A stretch of DNA of 64,000 bases from Pseudogymnoascus verrucosus (lineage: Eukaryota). The translations under genes were made by a program, and so were the position numbers. This document shows positions 44,446-57,288 of this stretch, in pieces; the stretch's first letter is position 1, and the number at the start of each line of letters is the position of its first letter. The DNA lies in assembly GCA_001662655.1 (NCBI GenBank), contig KV460233.1; one strand, written 5' to 3'. Under the pieces are notes generated by a model. The model saw only the letters and a program-made list of their open reading frames with translations. It was not told where the DNA came from and did not search any database.

Positions 44446-46528
44446 CACACGTCCCCTTTGCCCTTACTGTGACTTCTTCTTGACCTTATCCCCCTGCTAG
44501 CGTATACGCCACAAATGGCCCAAACGGCCGGGCTAGTTGGACCGGTGAGCAAAACCCATGCGGCGGCGGTGGGGTTGTGTTTGGAATTTTTTATTGGAGG
44601 TTATTGCTGTAGGTGCCGCGGAAGGGAAGTAAGTGGCTTGTCGTCAGCGACATATGCGATGCGAGGCGGAATATGAGAATCGGTTGAAGCAAGCTATGTA
44701 AGTTAGCACTGTATTGTAATGGGGTGATGCGTGATGTTAGTGGGCAATGGATCATTGGATTAGATCCATGTAGCTGGGCCTCGAACAGGACTGCGCGCAA
44801 CTCGATGCTGTATCTCTCCTTGCTCGGTATATCCAATATGAGATCGATACATGCGTGCCATCTTGGAGCACGCATGTCCCATGTTTGATCTGGTACTACA
44901 GTAACCCAGCATAGTTAGAGAGTCCACTTTGGGCCAGGACCCTAGAAGAGGGGGTCCACGGATTATGCATACGGCAATGCCCAAGAACCACCGCATCCAT
45001 GACCGGTACTCCAAGGATAGCCACACACGCCACAGCCCACCATCAGGCTCTGTCTCATCCCAGCTCCCCAGCGAGTTCGAGGGCTCGCTTTAATACCAGT
45101 AGTTAGGTCATCCGTACTCGCGTGGAGAGCTAGCCCTGTGAACCTTTCTAAACATAATACTAATACTTCCCAAGGCTATGGTTGAGCTGATGCCTTTTAT
45201 CCGACATGTAGATCTGTATATATCTACGTCTGCAGCCGTATCAACTGAACTTAATTGCGAACCGTGCAATAGAATGCACGGAGTTGAAAGATAGCTGCGG
45301 TTGATGGGTCGTACCCTAGCCTTGTAGAGTATTTTGCGTCTCTTTTCCTTGCCACTGTTGACGGGCGCCTTACCACTCCCCATGTAATGCCGCGCAGCTA
45401 CTCAGCCTCCCCCAGGCCGCTAGGCCCACTTGCCAACACACCAGTATGTTCCTGCATTTTAAAAGGCGTGTAAGAGATTTGTTTGCATACCAAGGAACCA
45501 TTTGACTTACTGAGCAAATGTATTCCTCGTAGCTACTCCCTTCGCTCCCTGCTTTATTGCATATTCGGTTAGTAATGTGATTTAGTACTGGGCATTCATT
45601 TTCATCAATACTAGCGCTGGTACCACCTGAGTCTTCTAAGAAACCTACCAATTGTAACTCTAGTATGGAGCCTAAGCATATTACTATTCCCCCCACCCCT
45701 ATGTGACGGTACCTACCCGCTATTTTGACTGCCTCACCTCACGCTCACCGCACCTAAGTTATGTGGGTTGAGTTCAGTTTTGGTAAGCAAACCTGCGAAG
45801 GTCCGGTTATACAGCTATTACAGATCGTCGTCATGTGCACACAAGAGGCGGGGTTTTCAGCCATTCAGGGCGAGAAACATATACATGCAGGGTTTACAGA
45901 TGTGGTGCATGATCTGGTCAGATCACGGTGATGTGATTATCGCACCTGCGTACCTGCAAGGTGAACCACAGGCGGCTAGCCTTTGGACATCCATTTTTTT
46001 GGCCAATGCCACAGGCTTCTTGTGAGGACTGGACCTTTCGGGTGTGGTCCCCTATCCTGCAACTAGACACCACATCTCAAGTTCCTACATTGGAAGTTGG
46101 TCGCATCGCTGCTAATCGGTTCAGCTATTCTCAGTCAGACTGAGAATAGCTGAACCGAAAGAATCTATGACTGAGTCAGTCATAGATTTTTTCTTCGGTC
46201 GATCGCTTCTTGCTACGATTGCAGACGTCGTAGCTGCATGTGGTATTTTGTCACAGCATTGAATATTTCACTAATGAAGAAGCCATCAATGCGGTGTGTT
46301 TTCACACCCACTGTTATATGTTTTATTTTATTTCATTTTTGCCTCTTCTAACCCTTTTACCACCACTTACACCCCCGAAGCTGCCAGAGTGGAGCTTTGA
46401 AAGCGGATCTTCGGGATGTAGTGGTTGTCCGTGCACGACCCGATAAGCGAAAGTTGGGGATACAACCGCGTCTAACACTCCCCAGATTTTCTTGAGCGAC
46501 ACGCAACAATCCGCGTCCTACAGCGCCA

Positions 46529-48419
46529 ATGCTTCTCCACGCCCCCGAGGCACGGCTGGTGATGCTCCTCCGACAATGCTACAGGTCACCACGTTGTCTG
46601 TCCACCCGCCGCGGCAAGCGACTCTACACCACGATGCGGGTCCCGAGCACCTCCGCCCCCCGACCACGAGCTGGGCAGTCGAGCTGTAAGACCGGGAATT
46701 CAGCGCGCAGCTTGACGAGTACAACCGGTGGCGCACCGGAGCACGTTGCTGTCCTCGGCGGTGGCATCACCGGGCTCGTTGCAGCGGCCATGGCGGCCCG
46801 ATTAAACCCCGATACCAAAGTCACAGTATACGAATCCAGCGACCGGCTCGGGGGATACGTGCACAGCGAGATGGTGCAGAGTTCAGATGGGCCGGTTGTG
46901 TTTGAGCTGGGCCCGCGGTCGCTGAGGCCTGCCACGGCGAGGGGGTATCATGGGTTGTCCATGGCACAGAATTTGGGGCTGGAGGATAATATGGTGTTTA
47001 CGTCCAAGGATAGCCCGGCGGGGTCGAATCGGTTTATTTACTACCCTGATAAGTTGGTGAGGGTGCCGAGTCCAAATGATGGGCGGTTACGGGTGTTTTA
47101 TAAGCTTTTGACAGACCCATTGTTTGAGGGGGTCGCCGGAGCGCTGTGGGCGGAGTCACAGGTACCGAGGCGCCCTGATAGCCTTGTGGATGAGTCGATT
47201 GGAGGGTTTATAACGAGGCGTACTGGCGGGAACCCAAAACTCGTGGATAATATTTTTAGTGCGGTGATTCATGGCATATTCGCGGGTGATATAAACAAGT
47301 TGAGCGTGAGAAGTTTGATGCCTCGCTTGTGGGAGGCGGAAGGGCGATTCGGAAGCCTCTCGATGGGGATGGTTAGGAACAAGCCAGAGGGGTATGGGCC
47401 TAACGGGATATCTGATTTGCATAAGTGGGGAGATCAGGTATTATTTGGCCAGGCACTGGGTGAGAAAGCGCGACAGGCGAGTATATACACGTTTACGAAT
47501 GGGATGCAGACGCTACCGGATGCTTTGGGGAGGGTTATTAAGGAATCGAAGAATGCGAATATTAGGGGTGGGACGAGCGTTTCGGGGATTTCGAGCAGCT
47601 CAGACGGGAAAACCATACGAGTGAGCACCCCTTTTCCCCTTATTCAATGATCCTTCCACCAAGCTCATCAGCCCTCGCCTTTCTCCATTCCTCGCACACC
47701 TCCAAACCGTGTAAGCTAACACACCCCAGATCAAAACCTCCAACAACCAACCCGCCCAATCCTACAGCCACGTCATCTCCACGCTCCCCGCCCACAACCT
47801 TTGCCACCTCATCAACATCCCCGCCCTATCCCTCATACCCTACACCACCGTCATGGTCGTGAACCTCTACTACAAAAACCCCCACCTTGTCCCTCAACCC
47901 GGATTCGGCTACCTGATCCCGCAATCTGTTCCCTTCAAGCAGAATCCCGAGTTCGCACTCGGCGTCGTCTTCGATTCCCACGCTACTCCCCACATCGACG
48001 GCGCCCCGGGAACAAAACTCACCGTTATGCTAGGAGGTCACTACTGGGACGGGCGGTCGGCGGATGAGCTGCCAACGCCGGAGGAGGGGCAGCGGATGGC
48101 AGAGCTGGTGCTGGCGAGGCATTTGAAGATCACCGATAAGCCTGATCAGGTGCTGGCGACGCTGCATAAGAATTGCATCCCGCAGTACACGGTCGGGCAT
48201 AAGGAGCGCCTCCAGAGTGTTGATGCGGGGATTAGGAGGATGTTTGGGAATAGGTTGAGTGTGGGGGGAGCGTGGGTGGATGGGGTGGGTGTGAATGACT
48301 GTGTATTCAGTGGGGCGTTTCAGGGGCTTTCGGTGGGTAAGGGGTATACAGGGCTGGAGCTGGCGTTGGAGGATAAGGAGAAGCTGAGGACGATGATGCC
48401 GCCGGGGTTGACGCTGTAG
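46529..48419 (+). CDS. HEM14: Protoporphyrinogen oxidase; intron 47621-47729
   Basis: FAD motif 'VAVLGGGITG', 'YESSDRLGG', 'FELGPRSLR', 'GFGYLIP', 'CIPQYTVGH', 'GVGVNDC'; Arg/Ser-rich presequence. Confidence 0.92.
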
Positions 48420-48699
48420 AGGGGGTGGTGGATATAGAGGTATGGATGTTGCGTGAGGCGTGTGGTATTTTTTACCCTCCTGTATTTTTAGTACGTCGAA
48501 TAAATATAAATATAAATTATTTTCGTCTATAGGCGGTATTTTTAAAAATTCCTATGAGTATATGTTTATTATATTTTTACTCTCATCTTTCTCTCTCAAA
48601 ACTTTTTAACCAAGCGATAACAAGCTCGTCACGATGATCTTTTCACCCCAAGACTCCGTCAGTGCCAGTCCTCCGACACACCGCCACCGCCCTTCGAGA

Positions 48700-51290
48700 C
48701 AGTGTTCGGCACGGGTAGGTATATACCCAGCGTATCCGGGTATATACCCGGGTATATACCTACCCTTTTATATGAGAAAACTACCCGGGTATTTCGAGTA
48801 GGTAGGTATATACCCCGGGTATTTGCCAAGCTTTGCCAAGTAATTAGAATGTATGAATATAACCATATTGTGCTCGTAATATGCTTGTGATGTAGATGCC
48901 ATAACATATAATGAGCGACTCCTCATTATCAGATGTGCCTATTGGCCTCGACGACATTGGCCTCGATGAGGTTAATGAGCCAACCTTACCTACTCTTCTT
49001 CCATCGCTCTATCTCCAGCCACCTCGTACAATGCTTCCTCCAAGCTCTTCACCGCTGTTTGCTAAGAATCTATATATGCGTACGCTGTTAGACACTACAC
49101 CACTAACTATTCGGGTTACCTGTAGCTAGCCAGACTGCGGTTATTCACCGCAGCCATTAGTATTCTCAGATAAATCAACTGGTAACTTATAGAAGCACTA
49201 CACCCAAAAGCACCTGCAAATCTCATTTAGTATGAGAAAGAACGACTAGGCACAAGCAGCATTAAGTCCGTCAAGTAGCTCATCGTTCTTTGAGCTAAAG
49301 AAGACAACGGCTAAGCAGCCAGTTAATGCATCAAAGTATAGAGATTTACTGCTACAATTTGTAGTATCAAACAATCTGTCATTACGCCTTGTTGATAGTC
49401 TATCTTTTCGTCAAATTATTCAATTCTTAAGCCCTATTACTTTGTCAGTATCTGCTAGAACACTACATCGCGACCTTCAAAGGCGGTTCTCACTATGCTG
49501 TGCTTAGTTACAAGCAGAACTCCATTCTTATATTGCAAATGGAGGCCAGATATGCTTGACTACCGACTTATGGTCTGTACGCAACTACACTGAATACTCT
49601 GCAGTAACAGCACATTGGATAAATAGCAAGTGGCAGCAGAAGTCAAATCTGTTAGATGTGATTCATCTAAAAGAGCCAATTCACAGCGGTGAATATCTTG
49701 CAAGCCAATTATATGCCGTTACAGATGATATGGGGATTACTGATGCTATCTTTACATGTACACGAGATAATGCATTAGCTAACACTGTTATGCTTGCTGA
49801 GTATAAGCTCTTAGCTCGCAATCATTCAACTTCTATACAACAGCCCTAGACTTTTACTGTTAAAGAAGGCGATGTACGTTGTATTGCACATATTATTAAT
49901 ATTGCTGTTCAACACGCTTTAAAGACAATTAAAGCGGACCCTTTAGCAGAGGCGGAGACATATAGGTGTGAGCTAGGTGCTGTACGAATCCTACGTACTG
50001 TTGATTCTCATACAGAAGTTATAAATACACTTGCTAAACTTCGGAGACATATCTATGTGTTTCGGAATCGCCGGTTATAGAAGGACGCTCTATAGAAGCA
50101 AACAATGGTAGCTGGCCTTAAAGTACAGCAATTATCACTTAATATGCTAGTCTGCTGGAATTCAACATATAAGATGCTTGAATCCGTAATAAAGCTTTAA
50201 GTGCCAATTATAGCTATCTGTGCGTCGCAGCAGTGGGATATTAGCATGAGAGATATTGCTCTTAATGCTAATGACTGGTTAACGATTAAAGAGCTTAAGC
50301 TATTTTTCGTTATCTTCTTACGCCCTTCGCAGAAGCTACAAGCTAGCACATACCCTACTCTTAACTACGCCATTCCACAGTATTTAAAAATGATTAATAA
50401 GCTTAATCATATGCTAAAGGAAGTAGGTGAGCAGTCTACAATTGGAATTGTATGCAACGCAGCGCTTTACAAGCTAAATGAGTATTATACTCTTATAGTA
50501 AACTAGCAGTATAGCCACTTAAGTGTAGCTACAATTTGTGATCTAAGAATGAATCTTGAAGTCTTTACAAGCTTATGGCTAAGTAGTAGAGAGGCAAGTA
50601 AAAGGAATCGAGTAAGAGCTCACTTTTAAGATGTCTTTACACAGTATAAGACCCGTCAATATCATCTTGACACTAAGAGAATCGAGCAGCAGACAGAATT
50701 AGCTAATGCAGCAGTCCATGAGACTGATTCCGACGATGATCTATACGCTACAGAAGGAATCTCATTTCAAGAACCTAAGTGGAAGCGGTGGATACTTGAG
50801 CTACAGCCTGGCTAACAGACAGATATTCTAAAGTACTGGTTATCAAAGCAGTATATGTATCTAATTGTTGCGCAAATTGCAAGAGACTATCTTGCAATTC
50901 CAGCTACATCTGCTGCATCAGAGCGGGTATTTAGTAATGGCAGCGATATAATTACTAAGAAGCGGAACCAGTTGTCGCCTTCAACTGTAAGATATTTACT
51001 CTGCCTACGGGATTAGGGTGTACTTCCAAAAGGTGACGACAGCGAAGGCGATGGAGACGATGAGTGGGAGGAATAGGGGTTGCAACAGTATATTACATTA
51101 TTATATCACGACCTAACGTTATTATTATAGTTATTATTAACCTCAATTCTACTTTTCTGCATAGCAATTTTATAGCAGAGCCTCATATACCCGGGTATAT
51201 ACCCATACCTACCCGTGATATCCTACCTACCTACCTACTCTACCCGCGAAGCTCCGGGTATATACCCCAAGTGGTACCCGCCGAACACTG
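48700..51290 (+). mobile_element. Full-length hAT DNA transposon (2591 bp), inactivated
   Basis: TIR CAGTGTTCGGC/GCCGAACACTG, perfect 8-bp TSD CTTCGAGA (48692-48699, 51291-51298), subterminal TATACCCGGGTATA repeats. Confidence 0.95.
48911..51076 (+). pseudogene. hAT transposase pseudogene (722 codons in one frame, many premature stops)
   Basis: 'LTTDLWS..VTAHWI', 'TRDNALAN', 'VRCIAHIINIAV', C-terminal 'ARDYLAIPATSAASERVFS..KKRNQLS'; ORF fragments 48911, 49556, 50201 share one frame. Confidence 0.92.
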
Positions 51291-51346
51291 CTTCGAGACG
51301 ACAGCAGCACAACCCCCCAGGACGCCATACAACAACTTAATCGACC

Positions 51347-53002
51347 TTAATCGACCTTAATCCCCACCTTTCCAATCTTCCTCAAGCCAAACCCAATAAT
51401 CGCAAGCACCACCACATTAGCACCAAAGCACAGCCAAAAAGTCGCTCTATACCCATCCATCAGCATCTCCGCGACACTCTCATCCTTCCCTTTCTCCGAC
51501 AGCGTGACGCTCGACGCCACAACAGCCGTGATAGCCAGCCCGACTGAGTTCCCGATATTCGAGATGGTGTTGAAGACACCTCCTGCCAAGCCGTGTGTCT
51601 TGGGTGGGAACACAGAGGTAATGAGCAAATTGGCGACAGTGAAGAGGACGTCAGCGCAGATAGGGGCGCAGGCGGTGGCAAAGAAGGCATAGGTCCAGTA
51701 GGAAGAGGCGGGGTCGATGATGGCCATTAGGAGTGGAGATAAGGCGCTGATGCATGCGGATGCGAGGACGAGGATGTCTGCGCGGACGCGCTTGACGAGC
51801 CATCCTGTGAGGAAGTTTGTTCCCGTACCTGTGACTACCATGGGGAGAAAGCGGATGGAGGTCTGGATAGCGGAGAGGGACTGCACGGATTGGAAGAAGA
51901 GGGTTAGGAAGAACTGGACTGCGTTGAAGGTGCCCCAGATGATGAAGACAGTGATGCAGAGGGAGGCAAAGACGCGGTTGCTCCAGATGGAGGGGGGGAT
52001 GATCGCTTTGAGCCCCAGGCGCTCTTGGCGCTTGACGTAGAAGACGAAGGCGGGGATGAGGGCCGTGGCGATGGAGAAGAGGGTGATGGATACGGGGGCG
52101 AGGAAGTGCGATGCACCGCTTGCGAGGACGGAGAGGACGTAGGAGAAGAGCCCAAGGGAGGTGCTGAGGAGCATGCACCCGATCCAGTCGATTTCAGTGC
52201 CCATGCGGCGGAGGATGGTGCGGAGGGATTGAGACTCGGCAGCTTGGTCGACGGGGACGCCGAAGATGGAGATGACGAAGATAATGGCCGTGAGGATGGC
52301 GGCGATGTAGTATCCGTACCGCCAGCCGATCGCCTCGACGAAGACGCCGCCGATAACAAGCCCGACTGAGAACCCAACGGGCTGGCCGGCACCCAAACAC
52401 GAGAAGGCAATATTACGCCACGAACCGGTGGGAATATTGCTCGTGATCAGGATCACAGAAGAAGGGAGACATAGGGACAATGCCACGCCCTGCGCAGCAC
52501 GGAACAGTATCAACTGGATGCTGGTCTTGCAGACACCGCAAGCGACGGTGGTTACGGCCATGAGAAAGACGCCAAGGAGGTAAATTCGACGCCCTCCGGC
52601 GACATCTGCTATCGATCCCGAGAGGAGGAGGGTGCAACCGCACGCCAATGCGCTCACAGAAGCAGGCCAGAGCAGTAGATCTTGAGATAGGCCTAGTTCA
52701 GCTGCCATTGTGGGCAAACTGACGACTAGGATACCGGCCAACATGGAGTTGATCAGCGTGATACAGGCGACAGTGCCGACGATGACGGTGGCTCTCCATT
52801 TGGAAATCCCTGGTGCGTCTCCATTCGCATTCGTCAGGGGCTCGGTGATTTCTTCATCTGCTGGGACCTGCACAGCTTGAGCGTTAAGGCTTGCTTGACT
52901 AGTCTTTGGATCTTGGCCCAGGATGGGGTATCCCATCGGCTCCAGTTCAATGCCCCGATAGTTTTCCTCCCGAGTCTCGAGACTAGTGGTTGTTGCCGAC
53001 AT
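51347..53002 (-). CDS. MFS drug:H+ antiporter-like transporter (DHA2/Atr1-like, ~14 TM), intronless
   Basis: 'GSIADVAGGRRIY' motif A variant, 'FRAAQG', 'GFSVGLVIGG', 'IDWIG', many hydrophobic helices; first ATG at 53002. Confidence 0.88.
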   Translation of the reverse strand: MSATTTSLETREENYRGIELEPMGYPILGQDPKTSQASLNAQAVQVPADEEITEPLTNANGDAPGISKWRATVIVGTVACITLINSMLAGILVVSLPTMAAELGLSQDLLLWPASVSALACGCTLLLSGSIADVAGGRRIYLLGVFLMAVTTVACGVCKTSIQLILFRAAQGVALSLCLPSSVILITSNIPTGSWRNIAFSCLGAGQPVGFSVGLVIGGVFVEAIGWRYGYYIAAILTAIIFVISIFGVPVDQAAESQSLRTILRRMGTEIDWIGCMLLSTSLGLFSYVLSVLASGASHFLAPVSITLFSIATALIPAFVFYVKRQERLGLKAIIPPSIWSNRVFASLCITVFIIWGTFNAVQFFLTLFFQSVQSLSAIQTSIRFLPMVVTGTGTNFLTGWLVKRVRADILVLASACISALSPLLMAIIDPASSYWTYAFFATACAPICADVLFTVANLLITSVFPPKTHGLAGGVFNTISNIGNSVGLAITAVVASSVTLSEKGKDESVAEMLMDGYRATFWLCFGANVVVLAIIGFGLRKIGKVGIKVD

Positions 53003-54149
53003 CGTGATGGAGGCCACGGAACTGGCGTAAGAAATTGTATGGCAGGAGGGCAAAGTGCAAGATGTCAAGATCAGATCAATTCCACTCCGATAACGCCCAT
53101 ACTCAACTTCGAATAAAGGATAAATGATTACATCGGTGCTGGCAAAGAGTCATTAGCCCGTGACTAAGCAGCCGTCCATCGGCTTAAGAGACTCATCGGC
53201 TTAATACGGGGCAAAGAGGATCGATCGCTCGCCAATCAACAATCAGATTCCATCAAGGGTCAATTAATCTGCATCTTGAAGCCATCGCGAGATCAAGGTT
53301 CCTGCAGGGCCGATTCTGGGTTGACCAGTGGACCAGTCTGAGACAGCTGGGTTTATGCAAGGCAGACTGTAGCTAATAATAGTACGTAAGTACCTCTTTC
53401 CATAAATTTGTATATAAATGTACATTATCACATGATCTGTCATAAGGCTTAATATATTTGTAAGTTTACGCAAGATAAGTGTTAGCTTATACTTATTAAT
53501 AACTATCCAGAAGTTACTTCTAGTCGGGTAGAGCGTGATCCAACCCTGGATTAATAGAGTCGTCGCTGCGTATGCTGCATTGATGAGAAGGCGTACCGGA
53601 ACTGGATAAAACGATATAATAAATAATTGATCCTGTAAATGGTCCCGATTTCAGCTTTCTATTTTCTTTCGCATGTATGTGGAGAGTTTTGTACGGTTTC
53701 AAGCATTATACGGAATATTTCGATTCAATGCAAGCCTCCTGTCGCCGTTATGATCGACTGCCGTTATACGCGTATGCGCTCTATACGCGTATAACGGCAG
53801 TGGAGTAACGTCTGTGCGGGGCCCGTTAGGGCGGTTTGGGTTGGTTTGGGTTGGTTTTGGTGGTTTCTTTGGCTGTTGCCGGTTTTCTCATGGGATGGGT
53901 GTTCCCGTTCCCCACTAGGACGGCCCATGGCCTAGACTGGCACTGGCGAAGACGGCTGGTCTGTTTTTACCATCGATGACCACATATAAGGCTTACGTTC
54001 CATTGTACTAATCATGAAGTTGTTGTTGTAGTTATTATACCCGTACCGTTGCGTGGCAAACGTTTTTAGAGACTCGACCAAAGAAATTCGGCCAGCTCTC
54101 CCTTTCATTTAGCGGTAACACCTCTTGCTAGACCACTTCAAGATTGGTC

Positions 54150-57100
54150 ATGGCGAAGCAGATGGGCCTGGAAGACCAGGATGGAGCCCATGGTGAAGAT
54201 GATGCGCCTCCAGCTTACGAAGAGGTTGTAGAAGAGGTATTGGATGCCACGCAAGTGATAGGTATACTGCTTCTGGCTTCAACAATCAACTACAACAAGA
54301 CACGGTTTGAATTTACTAATTTTTATATAGACAATGGACGAATAGACGTTAAATTAAATTCGAGGCTCGCGAGAACACTCTCCAAGCTCATGGTCAAGAG
54401 CGAGGAGGTTTCTCATGCACCACCAACTTATTTGCCACAGCCAACGAAGGCTAGCGTCTCGCTGAATATCGTCATCCAGGTAGTTGGAAGTCGAGGGGAT
54501 GTTCAGCCGTTCGTTGCGCTAGGAAATGAGCTCCAGCGGAGTGGACACCGCGTACGACTCGCGACCCATGACACGTTCAAGTCCTTTGTGACCGAAGCTG
54601 ATTTAGAGTTCTTCCCAATCGGGGGAGATCCCGCAGCTTTGATGGCAGTAAGATATTCCAGCCCCGCAATACGTGCTATCTTAAGTTTGACTCTCTTGTA
54701 GTATATGGTTAGGAACCCTGGACTTTTACCGAGCATGGATGCTCTGCGCTCCGGAGAGATCCAGAAAAAGAGAGCAATGATGGAGGAAATGATGGAAGGA
54801 TGCTGGAAGGCATGCATTGAGCCAGACCAGGATTCCGGTAACCCTTTCGTGGCAGATGCAATCATTGCGAATCCGCCGAGTTTTGCCCATGTCCACTGTG
54901 CGGAAGCTCTAGGGATTCCGGTCCACATCATGTTCACTATGCCTTGGACGGCCACAGAAGCATTTACGCACCCTCTGGCAAATATAAAGACCACGAATTA
55001 TGATGAGAAGCTGACGAACCGCTTGTCGTATGCAATTGTAGACTGCATGATGTGGCAAGGGTGAGTACTAAAAGAACCTTTACCTGCTCAAGATTTACTA
55101 ATATGAGAATGTAGCCTGGGTGATATAGTGAACAGTTGGCGGTATAGACATCATTTAACGCCAGTGCCGTTTAGCGAAGGGCCATTTCTCTCAGACTTGC
55201 TTAAGATACCAACAACATATTGCTGGTCTCCTGCGTAAGTGATATTTATCGGGCCAGGGAGACGAGTGTCGAGGCACACGTTTGATTTTTTTTTCGGGAA
55301 CTTGCAGATGGCTACTTTATGATACTTGTTAGAAATGGCACGCTAACTCCTGGCATCTACAGATTAGTACCGAAGCCTTTAGATTGGCCAGATCACATTG
55401 GTGAGTTTTCATTGGTGTCAAAATTGAGACTATTGAGTTAACAAGATCAGATGTTTGCGGATTTTTCTTTCGCGATGCGCCTAAATATTCACCTCCGTCA
55501 GATATCGATGAATTTCTTCACGCTGGTCCTGCTCCGGTTTATATTGGGTTTGGAAGCATTGTCATTGATGATCCGGAAGCGTTTACAAATTTAATCCTAG
55601 AGGCAGTCGAGGCGGCTGGCGTTCGAGCGATTATATCAAAAGGGTGGAGCAAACTGGGAGATACAGTGACGAGAGTCCCAAAGGATGTTCTATTCATTGG
55701 AGACTGTCCACATGGTGAGCATGTATTGCCATTTCCGCTATCCACTTGCTGATTTTGCAGAATGGCTCTTCCAACATGTTGCTGCGGTTATACACCATGG
55801 CGGAGCCGGAACAACAGCATGCGGTCTAGCAAACGCGTGCCCAACAATGATCGTGCCATTTTTTGGCGAGTAAGTCCATCTCACCTTTTCAGCATTGACA
55901 TTCTGACACACGTTGAAGTCAACCATTTTGGGGAGCTATGGTTGCGACCGCTGGTGTGGGGCCTGATCCCATCCCACACAAGTTGCTCACAGCTGGAAAT
56001 TTGGGCCAGGGGATCAAATTTTGTCTATCAAAAGATGCAGTACATGCTGCAAAGGAAGTCTCAGCTCGAATGTATAACGAGTCGGGGGTCCGGACTGCAG
56101 TCGAGTCATTCCATCGTCATTTGCCAACGGAGGCTTTATCTTGCGATCTTTTACCTCAATATGCAGCAGTTTGGCAGACTAAGCTTGCCAACAAGTCGCT
56201 GAAGCTATCTAAGATTGCTGCTGAAATGTTAATCGCAGAGCATCTCATTTTAGCCAAAGACCTCAAAGTGTGAGTTTGACCATTCTCCAAAGAAAGTGGA
56301 AAGGGTAGAGATTATAAGATGCTAGCTAACACGACGTAGTTACCAATCGAAGCCAATACACATTGTTACTCGACGTTGGGATCCTATTACGGCTGGTTCG
56401 TCCTCAACTATTGGAGTATACACTGGTATGGTCTCTGGCGCCACTGGTATATTCTCAAAGCCATTCGATGAATACAAGCGTTCGCGTAAGGACGGTTCAT
56501 CATCCTCAGGTGCCAAAGTAGCTGGTAATATGGCCCTAGCATCGGCTAAAAGTGTTGGTCGCGTCAACTCGAGCCTGTTCAAGGGAACAATGATTGATGT
56601 GCCGCTTGCAATTACGGAAGGCTTACGGGCAACGCCTAAACTTTATGGGGAATCTGTGCCGGATCACGAGCCCATTACTGGTTGGAAAAGCGGCGCAAAG
56701 GTTGCGGGAAAGGTTTGCTATATCGATGTTTGCTGTTAATATAGCATAGCTGACTCCAGCGTTATTAGGAGTTTGTGGAAGGCGTCGGTGGAGGCCTTAG
56801 CGGCTTCTTCGTGAAACCTTACGAGGCGGCTAAAAAAGATGGTACAAAAGGCTTTTTTGTTGGATTGGGGAAGGGGACATTAGCGCTTCATACGAAACTA
56901 GGTTCATGTACGTCTTTCCTTCTCCGCGCCCTTGAACTTATTTTTCAAGTTTTACTTAGCTAACAATCTCAGCTGCTCTTGGTCTGTTTGCATATCCTAG
57001 CCAAGGCATCTACAAGTCAATTTATGCATCAACTCATGGTGGAACGAGCAAAAATATAGCGATAGCTCGCCGGGAAGAAGGCTCTTATTTACTTCCAAGG

Positions 57101-57169
57101 CATGAAATTGATTTGCGACGACTTTTAGAGGCGTGGGAGAGATGCGGTGGAAAGTACGCTGGCACCTAG
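54150..57169 (+). CDS. Sterol 3-beta-glucosyltransferase-like GT1 family protein, multi-exon
   Basis: '[16 protein letters not shown]', 'HRVRLATH', '[21 protein letters not shown]', 'YIGFGSIV', '[17 protein letters not shown]'. Confidence 0.88.
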
Positions 57170-57288
57170 GTTAGAGCATCAAACTCAAAATATTACCTGT
57201 ATATTAGTAGTGAGGAATAGGCACCGAACAAAATACCTATACAAGCGTTCAAATCCACACAAATATTATATTTGCGCATGGCTGGGTT

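Noticed and set aside
44590..45700. Minus-strand ORF fragments suggesting a decayed gene or TE
   Set aside because: No recognisable domain or termini
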